Source: Amoebophrya sp. A120
Taxonomy: Eukaryota > Protista > Dinoflagellata
Direction of reading: 5' to 3'
NCBI GenBank assembly: GCA_905178155.1
Contig: CAJINV010000028.1
Location: forward strand, 1-64,000
DNA length: 64,000 bases
The notes under the pieces are model-generated. The model saw only the letters and a list, made by a program, of their open reading frames with translations, did no database searches and was not told the DNA's origin. The position numbers were made by a program, and so were the translations under genes. Of this stretch, positions 12,690-23,400 are shown piece by piece (within the stretch, counting starts at the first letter, position 1; every line of letters starts with the position of its first letter).

Positions 12690-15600
12690 TCTGCCTGCGT
12701 GCGCGCCCCCGGGCCAGTCTGCCTGCGTGCGCGCAGTGCGCGATCTTTTTTTCCGACCGGCAAGCCAGCAACGGCCGGACGCGAAAAAAACGCCCCGCGC
12801 CCCCGGGGCAATGTGCCTGCGTGCGCGCAGCGCGCAAAATTTTTTTTCCCCTGCGGGCCTCCAAGGAAAGGCTGGACGCGGAAAAAACACTCCGGCCGGG
12901 CCCGCAGGCCAAGGAAGTTACGCACAAAAAGTTTTTCCAGGCCGGCCGCAGGCTGCTAGGCGCGAAAAAAACGCCCCGGGCCCGGAGGCCAAGGAGGTTG
13001 CGTGCGCGCAGCGCGCGAACAATTTACTTTATTCTTTCTTTCAGCCGGGCCGGCCCCGGAAGGGGGGCGGGTCCGCAAAAAGTCCCCAACCGCGCCCCCG
13101 GGCCAACATGTGCGCGCGCGCGCGCGAAAAATTTTCGCCAGCCCGCCCCCGAATGCCGGGCGGAGAGAAAGGCTCCGCACAAAGGCTTGCGCGCGCGGAG
13201 CGCGCGGAATTTTTTTTCCGGCAAACCCCCAATCGTGGACAAGAAAGAAGCGGCCCCGCCCACCCTCTAACGCCACGGCCACTATGCGCACGCAGCGCGC
13301 GGTAAGTTTTTTTCCGGCCAACACCCGGTAGCCGCGCGCGATTCATCACCATCGTCATCACCTTGCTAGCAGGCGAACAGCTTTCCTCATATTGAAGAAA
13401 AACTTTCTGCGCCCATCTCAAGCTAAGGCGGCTGCGCGCGCGCGGCGCGCGAAAGTCGTTTCCGGGACTGCCCGGACGCCGGACGCAAGCAAAAGCGCGC
13501 CAGAACAAGGCGCCTGCGCGCCGCGAATATTTTCCCGGCAAGACCCCGAGGGGGCGGCGCGAAAAAAACCTCCGCGCCCGCCCGCAGACCAAGGCCGGCG
13601 CCTGCGGGCGGGCAGGGGGCGGTGGCGAAAATTTGCTCTATTTCTTCCGGCAGCCCCGGTTGCCGGGTGCAAGCAACACCTCGCCGCGCCCCCTGGCCAA
13701 CATGTGTGCGCGCACAGCGCGCGATATTTTTTTTCCAGCAAGCCCCCGGCCGCCGGGCGTGAAAAAAAGTCTCAAGCCACTGACTCACCCACGCAAAGAA
13801 AGGCGCGCGCGCGCACGCAGCGCGCTAAAGTTTTTTTTCAGCCGGCCCCCGGTTGCGGAAAAAAATTTCTTACGGAAAAAAATTTCCTCGCCTACGGGCC
13901 GGAAGAAAACTAATGCGCCCGCGCGCGCGCAGCGCGCGAAAATATTTTCTCGACAAGCCCCCGACCTCCGGGTGAGAGGAAAACCTTCCAAGCACGCCCT
14001 CAGGCCAAGGAAGGCGCGCGAGCGCTGTGCGCGCGCGCGAAAATTTTTTCTCAGCTGGTCCCCGGTTGCGGAAACAAAATTTCTTGCGGAAAAAAATTTC
14101 CTCGCCTACGGGCCAAAAGAAAACTAACGCGTCCGCGCGCGCGCAGCGCGCGGGAATTTTTTCTCGACAAGCCCCCGACCTCCGGGTGAGAAGAAAACCT
14201 TCCACGCAGGCACGCCCTCGGGCCAAGGAAGGCGCGCGCGCGCAGCGCGCGCGCGCTAAAGTTTTTTTTCAGCTGGCCCCCGGTTGCGGAAAAAAATTTC
14301 TTCGCCTACGGGCCAAAAGAAAACTAATGCGTCCGCGCGCGCGCAGCGCGCGAAAATTTTTTCTCGACAAGCCCCCGACCTCCGGGTGAGAAGAAAACCT
14401 TCCACGCACGCCCGCGGGCCAAGGAAGGCGCGCGCGCGCGCTAAAGTCTTTTTTCAGCTTGCCCCCGGTTGCGGAAAAAAAATTCCTCGTCTACGGGCCA
14501 AAAGAAAACTAATGTGCCCGCGCGCGCGCAACGCGCGAAAATATTTTCTCGACAGGCCCCCGGCCGCCGGGCGTGAAGAAGAGCGCCCAGGCACGCCCTC
14601 AGGCCAAGGAAGACGCGCGCGCTCCGCGCGCGCGCGCGAAAATTTTTTTTCAGCTGGCCCCCGGTTGCGAGAAAAAATTTCATCGCCTACGGGCCAAAAG
14701 AAAACTAATGTGCCCGCGCGCGCGCAACGCGCGATAATTTTTTCTCGACAGGCCCCCGACCCCCGCCGGGCGTGAAAAAGAGCGTCTACGCACGCCCTCA
14801 GGCCAAGGAAGACGCGCGCGCAGGCGCGCGCGCGCGAAAATTTGTTTTCAACTGGCGCCCGGTTGCGGAAAAGACTTTCCTCGCCTGTGGGCCAAAAGAA
14901 AACTACTGTGCGCGCGCGGCTCGCGAAAAATTTTTCTCGACAAGCCCCCGACCACCGGGCGAGCAAAAGATCTTCTACACCCTCGGGCCAAGGCGTGCGC
15001 GCGCTGTGCGCGCGGAAAATTTTTTACCGGCCGGCCCCCGATCGCGGGGCGCGAAAAAAATAAAACAGCCCACACCCTGACGCCGTACATGGTGAGGATG
15101 CGCGCGGCGCACCCACGCGAGGTTTTTTCCGGTCAACGCCTTTTAGCCGGCCATGGAGAGGCACCTCCCACGCTCACCCAAGGCCAGGGCGGTCTGCGTG
15201 CGCGCAACACGCGCAAACTTTTTCCCGGACGGCCCCCGACTGCCGAACGCACCGAAAACCTTCCGCGCCCCGAGGCCGAGGCGCCTGCGCGCGCGCAGCG
15301 AGCGCACGACAAATATTTGCCGCCGAGGCCCCACCTGGAGGACGCGAAAAAAACCCAACCGCCCTCAGACAGGCAAAGGCGTCTGCGGGCGCGCAACGGG
15401 CGAAAGACTTTTTTCGATCGGGCGGCCCTCGATAGCTGGGAACGACCAAAGGCTTCCGCGCCTTCAGGTCGGGGCGCATGCGCATGCGCGCGCGCGCAAC
15501 TTTTTTTTTTCCGGCGCGCCGCCCTCGCTGCTGGACGCGCAAAAAACATTCGCTCCGCGCCCCCCCGCCAAGGCGTCTGCGCACACGCAGCGCGCTCGCA

Positions 15601-16075
15601 GAATATTTTTCCGGCCCGCCCCGGGTTTCCGGACGCGAAAGAATACCTTCCACGCCCTCAGGCCAAAGCGCTTGCGCATGCGCTGTGCACGAAAAAAAAT
15701 TATCGGCAAGCGCGCGGCTACCGGGCACGCATAGGGAAGGGCCTCTACGCCTGCCCGGTCATGGCGCGCGCCTGAGTGGGCGCGGCGCGCGCGAAAATTT
15801 TTTTTCGGCCGGCCCCTGATAGCAAAAGGAAATAAGGAAGCATCCGCCCCCTGCTCGGGCCAGGGTGTCTGCGTGCGCGCGGCGCTCCAAATTTTTCTCC
15901 CGGCCACAGAGCAATACAGAATGGGCACGCGCATACCATCACCACTGTCAGCGACGGCGCCTAGGGAAGCGCGCGCGGTAGGCGCAATGCCATTTTCCCG
16001 GCGCCGAGCGCAGGCAGAATACGAGAGGACGCCCGCGCCCCTCCAAAACAAAAATCCGAAGCGCGCACCGTGTGC
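12690..16075. repeat. Degenerate array of (CG)n runs alternating with A/T tracts
   Basis: Repeated gcgcgcgc-aaaa-ttttttc motifs, with longer-period copies at about 13.8-15.0 kb. Confidence 0.85.
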
Positions 16076-17865
16076 CAATTATTGTTTTCAACAAAGAGCA
16101 GCGAGAACATCTATGAGAGTCAGAATGTCTATGCGTGAGAATCTCTATAGCGTTTTTAGAAGTTCTATAATATTTTTTTTTTCTAGACATTTCTTCGGAT
16201 GTTTCGGAAAAAAATATCGTCGGGGCGTTCTCTTCCGGGAATCGGGTCCTGTAGTTGAGGTGTTCTTGTGTACCGAGTTGCTGTTCGATCTGATTCTGAA
16301 CGCAAAGAAGTGTAGATCGCCTGCAAACGCTGTCCCTATTGCATCTGTGCACCGTGACTCCTGCGACCAATCATCTAGAACAATTTCTGCTAGCACAAAA
16401 CCATACTACAGAGAAGATTGGCGAATGAACAAGATCATTCTTTCAGGAATACCTACTCCCTAGAAATACTTACTCCGAGGATCTGCGAAACTGGAATTCC
16501 GTCGACTGTGTTCGCCAAATAAAAGCGCTCGCGAAACAGGTCGACGGGCACCTCGACATTCTCCTCCATGACATCCTGAAACGTTTGCGGTACTGGGACG
16601 CCACCTAATGTAACGTTTTATATTCGAAGAAGACAACGCTATATCCCAAAAGCAGTCAACATCGCCGAAATTCGGTTTAGCGATGAAGACCTTTCAAAAT
16701 ATCGCCTTACTTTCACACGTCTCGTCTATCTCAGCAGCAGAATCAAAACAATGAAGCTCAGAGGACTGGTGTCTGAAGTGTGGAATAAATAGTATGTCCG
16801 CACACCTCGCTCGATGGCCACTTCGGTGCCGAGACCCCGGATTAAGACGCTGACTAGCGGCACGACTTCCTGCATTGTCAAGTTTCGTGTGGCGTTGGGC
16901 GTTGTAGGATTGAAAAATGCCCCAACACCCGATAGAAAAAAGTACTCAAATCTGCTGCTTGCCGTCTTGGTGAATCAAGTTCCTACACAGATGGCGTGTC
17001 GTTGATGCTATGTCGGCACAAAGCCTCAGACTTCCACAGCAAGCAAGGTCGCGCAAGATGACCAGTCCGACTCGTATTATAGATTGTTCCCACAACTCGC
17101 AGTACATCCTCTTCTATGTTATATGCTTTGTTCTGCATCTCCATCTGCGGGAGAGCGCTGGCAGCAGTCAAAACAAGCGCACGGAAAGCATTCTTGACTG
17201 GGCGGGGTACTTTTGGAATGCCGTATCCCCTAGAATTGGAATGTGCATTGAAGCTGCTCGGTCAACATATTGTCTTGTGTTGTGGACCGCAAGCCGCTGT
17301 GCGTCTCGGTGCTGCACGTCCCGGAACCGTAGAACATTAGCCATTTTTCTCTTTGCTGCCGTGGCTAGCCAGGATACCTGCGACAAAAAAAATAGCAAGG
17401 TGGAAGGATCTCAGGTTGTCACTCATGGACCTCTAGGACTTTTCTTTATCAAGAGAGAGGGGCAATTCGTTACGGCTCTAAGGTCCCTGTTGTTTAGGAT
17501 TAGGTCGCACACTGCGGCGCAGAAAAAAACGCTCGCTGTCACTATCACATCGGCGGGAGAATCGACAATTGCAGATTGACTCAAGTTGAAGTTGCAAGAG
17601 CAGCGCAACTCCTTGCCAACGTCGAGAAAAAACACAGACAAAAAAAGAGAAAAAGACCAACAAAAAATCGATTCGCGCGTTCACGTGCGTCAAAAAAACG
17701 GATCATCTCGCGCACTTCTTGCTTGCGAAATGTATTCACTGGCTTTCAATCAATAGCAAAACCGTGAGCAGAACTACAAGGCTTTTTTTCATTTACCGTT
17801 AAGAAGACCGCGCCCGGAGGGCGATATTGGTAACCAAATGCGTGCGCGAAAATCGTGACGTTCCG

Positions 17866-18126
17866 TATGGATTGCAAAAGTGTCTAGGTCTGGATGATTG
17901 CTACTCGTCATGGTAAATCTGAACCAGACAAAAATCTGTGTTGCATGATTGCCAAAAGTTGCGCACTTTTGACCTAACCGAGACGCAGTTTTTCACGGAG
18001 GAAAGGCCTTGAAAGGTCCTATAGAATCGATCCTGCTATGTCCTGCATACCAGACAGCATGGGTCATGCAAAACCAGCATGACAAGTCTGGGAATCTTCC
18101 AGATCCAGACACTTTTGCAGTCCATA
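17866..18126. mobile_element. Introner family 1
   Basis: tatggattgcaaaagtgtctaggtctgg ... ccagatccagacacttttgcagtccata; imperfect flanking repeat. It interrupts the minus-strand ORF fragment MAGNDAY...FTIAN/VTIFAHAFG. Confidence 0.85.
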
Positions 18127-18610
18127 TTCGCGATCGTAAAAACGGCTGTTTGCCGCGGCCTCTTCCATTGCGACAGTTCGCGCTCTACCATTTCGTGCAT
18201 GGTGCGAATATTTGGCGCGACGCAGTCTCTCGGGTCTGGCACTGGACCCTGCCACGGCGTGTCGGTCAGCTTAACGCTGTGGTCGCGATAAATGGTGCAC
18301 CTGTTCCCTTCGTTAATGATCCTGTACGCATCATTGCCCGCCATGATTACTGTCAAAACCAACTGCCAACTATCCGAAGTAGAAAGAAACAACTGCAACT
18401 AACACAGCCAGCACGTATTTCTTTTCCGAAGTGAGCACAAGGAAAACGAAGTAGATGAAAGGTCGAAGTAATATAGTGGGGCGAGGCACCCTTGCTTCTT
18501 TTTGTTACGAACTGTGAAGCGGACGACGCTCCACTGCACTCGCCATAGCAAAACCGTGAGCAGAACTACAAGGCTTTTTTTCATATTTACATTTGACATT
18601 TACCGTTAGG

Positions 18611-18637
18611 CAGACCAAGACATATTTGCATTTGATA
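18611..18637. mobile_element. Solo end of introner family 1
   Basis: cagaccaagacatatttgcatttgata with no body, about 27 bp after a 36-bp site. Confidence 0.7.
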
Positions 18638-19079
18638 TGATTGCGGCGAAATCGGTGATGTTCACACCCCCTTCCGCCATCACCGACGAGGTCGCGAACG
18701 GACGGGAAAAAAAAAAAGATACCGAATTATCAAAAGTAGCACCGGTGAAGCGAGACAAGCTGATCGGGTTGAGCTGCTTTCCCTCGAACATGCGCATCGC
18801 ACTGCCGCCGCAGTAGCACACGCGCCGGTGGGCTGGGACGGTGCTCTTCGCGCTGCAGCTACTGTAAATCCCGGCCTGTCTTGCGGTCGCGTTGAAGGCG
18901 GAACACCGCTGGCCCCCGGCGGCCTTGCTCGCTGCTTCTGCGAGAGAGCTTCTTCTTATTGCACTCGTAGTTGATGTTTTCCGTCTTATTTTTCCCGCGT
19001 CCGCACCTGATTTTTCTTCATGATGTTGTTGTTGATGTAGTTGCATAGTGCCTTCTTCTTCTTGTTTTTCTTCTCTCCC

Positions 19080-19262
19080 TATCAAATGTAAAAATGTCTG
19101 GGTCTGGAAGATTGCCAGGTTTGTCATGCACATTTTACATGACTCCTGATGTCTGTGATGCATGCCCTAGCATCACAGATTTTGTGAGGGCTTCCTGATG
19201 CCTATACCGCATGACAAATGCTCTTTCCGTGTAGCAAAACTTGGACTCTCTTTGCTGCTCGT
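19080..19262. mobile_element. Introner family 1, truncated just before a 36-bp site
   Basis: The left TIR is intact; the body resembles the 25851 copy until about 19262. Confidence 0.8.
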
Positions 19263-19332
19263 GAATCGGGCAAAACCGTGAGCAGAACTACAAGGCTTTT
19301 TTTCAAGCCCACGTCCCCGTGGGCTTGATCTC

Positions 19333-19560
19333 TATGCATTGCAAAAATGTCTTGGTCTGGAAGGATGCAACTTGTCATGCTAAGTCTGGATAGTACAGAA
19401 ATTTGTGTTGCATGATTACCAAAAGGCGTCCACGTTTGAACAAGTGTAGCGGCAGTTTGTCATGCGGGATAGACATGATAGAGACTTCGCAGAAGCTGTC
19501 ATGCTAGGTCCTGCATTGCAGACCTCTTGGGGCATACAGAATATGCATGACAAATTCGCA
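19333..19560. mobile_element. Introner family 1, right TIR missing
   Basis: tatgcattgcaaaaatgtcttggtctggaagg; the body resembles the 10283 copy. Confidence 0.8.
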
Positions 19561-20409
19561 TTAACAGTGTAACTGTCTTGCGTCGCCCGCCGCACAAATG
19601 AAACCATACACAGTTACACAGTTTTTTTTCTTGGATATTTTCCGAGCGCAAGAAAAACAATCTAGCCAGCGAATCGGTGGTGGACCGAAGTACGCGCCAC
19701 CAACACGTGCCCGATGATCAAAAATACCTGCGATGTTGCACACTACTGAGTCATTGGTTTCTGATGCCCTTGCTTGGTATCGGTGCCGCGAAGAAAAGCA
19801 TCGAGATGGACTCTTCCGTAGACGAGACAAGCGAGCTGAGGTTGCCTTGTTTGCAACATTGAGATTGACTGATGCCACACTGCGGCAGCGGCGTCAGATG
19901 GATATATATATACTGGCACCGGAAAAAGTAGAGTGAGTTGCGGCACCCGAAGTTATTGTTATTGGCTTGCACTCAAGGTCAAGACCAAGAGTTGTACGAT
20001 GAAAACCAAAAGTTCTTTTATCACAGTAAAAGCTTCGTCTATCATCCTGGGTGGTTCATCCCCATATTTCATTGAAATCGATCGGGCACTTGCATCCCGC
20101 CTGCTCTTGCGTCGTCTCACATTCTGCCGCTGCTATCGGTACGCCAGAAGTCTCACCAGATGTACTCGTCCGACTATAATTAAAGTTCGCCTTGCACGAA
20201 AAGCTTCTAGGTTTCTCTTCGTAGTACAGGTAGAGCTACGCCGCGCACGACCTATTCTGAAGCCGCCGAACGGCAGGGTAATTCCTTTCGTGATCACGTA
20301 CGCAACGGAGGATGGCAGGGAGATCATGATCACGTACACAACACCCGTAAAAGTAATATGTCCTTGCTGGAAAAAAATTTTCGCCTTTCTACTCGTCCTG
20401 TTTTTCCGT

Positions 20410-23400
20410 CTATGCCGGTTCCTTTTCCTCCTTGCGCGGCTTCACGTAGTCGGCGGAAAGTTCCGACACCTCCTTGCTGTGGCTCCACCTGACCCGGACG
20501 CGCTCTTCTCCATCTTCCCCTACCACCAGCCCAAGGTGGACGCACTTCTTCCATTCCTTTTCTTCCTGACAGTACCCCCAGAGCTTTGTGGCTTTGTGTC
20601 GGATCGTTACGTTTTCGGCAGCGAGGAATTCTGTGGCGTTGTCGCACTCCCAGCGGACCAGGATCATCCCCGTATCTTCCGGCAGCGGGGGTCGCCCCTC
20701 TGTGCCCACAAATACGCAGTTCGCCCATTCTCTCTGCTCCCACTCTTCCCGACGGCCGAACAGCTTTTGGCCGGCGTGGTAAACTCGTGGCGGCGCGGAT
20801 GAACTTGAGGCTGCAGTGTCATTGGCTATCCTGAGGAAAAATGTCCCCAGATCTGCATGCCAAAAAGAAACGTTTCTCATGCGAAGCCTCATGAGAGCCA
20901 TTTTCTAAAAATACTAATCCTGGTTTTGTGTGTAACTTGTAATGCTAAAACAACCGCGCCGACAGTGCCATTGTCCATTATCGCTGGGGAGGCAAGCCTC
21001 CGCAGGCGCTGGAGCGGCATGTGTAATTTGTGATGCTAGAATCAGCACGATATGCCATATCTGATGTGATGCTTCGGAACTAGCTAAACAGGACACTACT
21101 ACGAGGATAACAGGCTTGTCATGCGGAACAACTAGAGGTTGAGGTGGCTCAACTGTCTGGCGGATTTCCAAAAATCTTGACTCTGGTGTGGGGACATTTT
21201 TACTCAGGATATTGGCCGGCGGTGCTTCTTTCGCAGCGGCGCCTTTGGCAGGCTTGCATCCGTATACCTCCTGGACTATCTGGTCAGCGATCTTCTGCGC
21301 TAGGCGGTCGTCTTCGTCGCTCTGATGGTCGCTCTTGCTCGGCCCAGCAGCAGCGGCCCCCGTTGGTGGTTGAATACTGTTACTGGTAGTTCCACCCTTG
21401 TTTATCTCGTCACGGTTGCAGGAAGATGAAGATGAAGTCGACACTCCCTTCGATTGAGTACTATTCGCTTTCTGCTTCGGCCCAACAGCTGGCAATGTCT
21501 TTGGTGGGTTTTCCTTTTTCTCCCGATTTGCCGTTTTTTTCACTGGCGGAGGTGTCGCTTTCGACTTTGCTCCCGCTAGTGCCGACTCGTTGTTTTTCTT
21601 CCCAGTGGAACTAGGAGGTACTGCTTCTGCTGCTTTACTCTTCTTTTCGTTCTCGTTCTTCTTTTTTGCTTCTGGAACACCACCTGAGAAAGACGAAGAA
21701 GAGGCCGCTGTAGCAGCACCAGCTGCAGCTTCTGTCTTCATCGCTTTCGCCTTCGGGACAGAAGCGGTTGGCTTGACCTTCGCTTTTGGAGCCTTGTTTG
21801 ATCTTTTCGCGCTATTTATTCCTGAAGACCCTTTCTCTAGCTTCGGAACTTTTGCCTGCTTTCCGATTTTCTCCTCGCTAGCAGGGTTCTGGTCTTCATA
21901 GTCGCGGTTTAGATTTAGTCGTTCACGGCCGTCGCTTTTTGTTGACAAAAACCCAATGAAATTTTCATCCCGCTTTGAAGATGATGATGTTTCGGGTGGT
22001 TGTACCTGCACCTCTGCGCCGGCCAACAAATCAGGCACAGCTCCTTCTTGGCTGTAGCCGCTGACGCCGCTTCTTTTCCCCAAATTGCGCTTTCGCGAAG
22101 TAGATCCAGTGTCTTGCAAAGTTGCCTTTTCCTGCAGGTCGTCTAGTCCATCCTGTTCATGGCCTGTATTTTCATTCCCGCTGCCCGAGCAGTGGTACGA
22201 AGGTGTCTCGCGCACGGGCACGGTGAAATTGTCCGCGGTTTTTGCCAGAAAATGTTCGGTGCGTACTTCTTCAGCGGCTGCTTCCTCGTTGAAGGTATTC
22301 ATTTCCAACGCGTCGAAAAACTGACTTTGGTCGTTCACGTTCTTACTGTTCGGGTGAAGTTTATTCGATGCGCCAGCTGGTGGAAAAACTCCTGCAGCAG
22401 GTAGAAGCGCCAATTGTTGTGCTGGTGCTTCTTCGACAATCAACTGACCACGACCAGCACCCATCATACTCACATCGTCTACTGGGGAGAATGCGACGGC
22501 GCAGATACTCGATGGGACAAAATCGTCGTCCTCTTGCTCATCAACATCCATGGGGTCTACATTTTTAGTCCCGTTTGTGAAAAATCCCAAACTCGCCCCT
22601 TTATCTGGGAGATCGTCTGTGAGAAGCGGAACTTTTGGAAATGCGCGGTAATCTCGGGCTGGTGCTGCACCATAGTGCTGTTCTGCGTCCACATCCGGCA
22701 AGATCTCTGCGTCATGCCGATCGTCTTTATTGCTTGGCACAAGTTGATGTCCGAAGCCGGAACTTGTTCCGGCAGTGTTGTCGCCTGCGACGTTCGCGGC
22801 GCTCGAGCTACTGGACGAAGAAGACAGCGTGGTCTCCAGTACCTTCGGTTGCAAAATCTCGATTCCGGAATGGTTCGGATCCACATGATCCGGGTTTGCG
22901 CCAGACCTATGTGCTGGATACCGGAACACCCGGTCACTGTTATCATACGGGTTATAGCCCGTGCTCCAGTCGTCCTTTAAACAAATCGACGGTCGGCCTT
23001 GAGGCTGCTGATCTTCTGGATTGCAGCTCATCTTGTTCCCGCCTATATTGCCCTGGTGCTCAACACCAGCTCCAACCCTTCCCCCAGCAAGAACAGGTCG
23101 CCTATCATTCTGGTTCCCATCCTGTTCATGGCCTGTACTTTCATTCCCGCTGCCCGAGCAGGATCGGCTAGCCTTGCTCCCAGAAGGAGCTCCCTCTCGC
23201 TGCTGCTGCTGCTCACGCTCAAGTCCTGCAGCTGCTGCACTCAATCCTGATGAGGACACGATTGGCGGATTCGGCTTCGGCAGGCTGTTATTGTTGCTAG
23301 AAAGAGCTTCCTGGTTTGCCCGCGGCGGCAGGTCACCGGGTGCCGAACTCCCAGGGCTCGAATCACCTTTGCTCTCGTAGAGGCAGGAGCCCCGGGGTGC

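Larger units (their letters stand above)
11644..16176. mobile_element. ~4.5 kb non-coding element with ~75-bp imperfect terminal inverted repeats and internal tandem arrays (foldback-like)
   Basis: Left aaaatattcaagaacttctaaaa...atagaggttctc...catagatgttct matches the reverse complement of 16105-16176. No TSD is visible. Confidence 0.6.
17756..19305. repeat. Three identical 36-bp direct repeats spaced 792 and 722 bp apart
   Basis: gcaaaaccgtgagcagaactacaaggctttttttca at 17756, 18548 and 19270; a shortened variant at 9733. Confidence 0.9.

Noticed and set aside
12146-16078. ORFs with LLVEPGKLDFQ repeats and Arg/Ala-rich ORFs
   Set aside because: Products of the 33-bp minisatellite and the CG/A-tract array, open on both strands with no unique domain.
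17756-17791. 36-bp motif as a spliced-leader relic or signal-peptide exon (MKKSLVVLLTVL on the minus strand)
   Set aside because: No match to the dinoflagellate leader CCGTAGCCATTTTGGCTCAAG, and the downstream frames close quickly.
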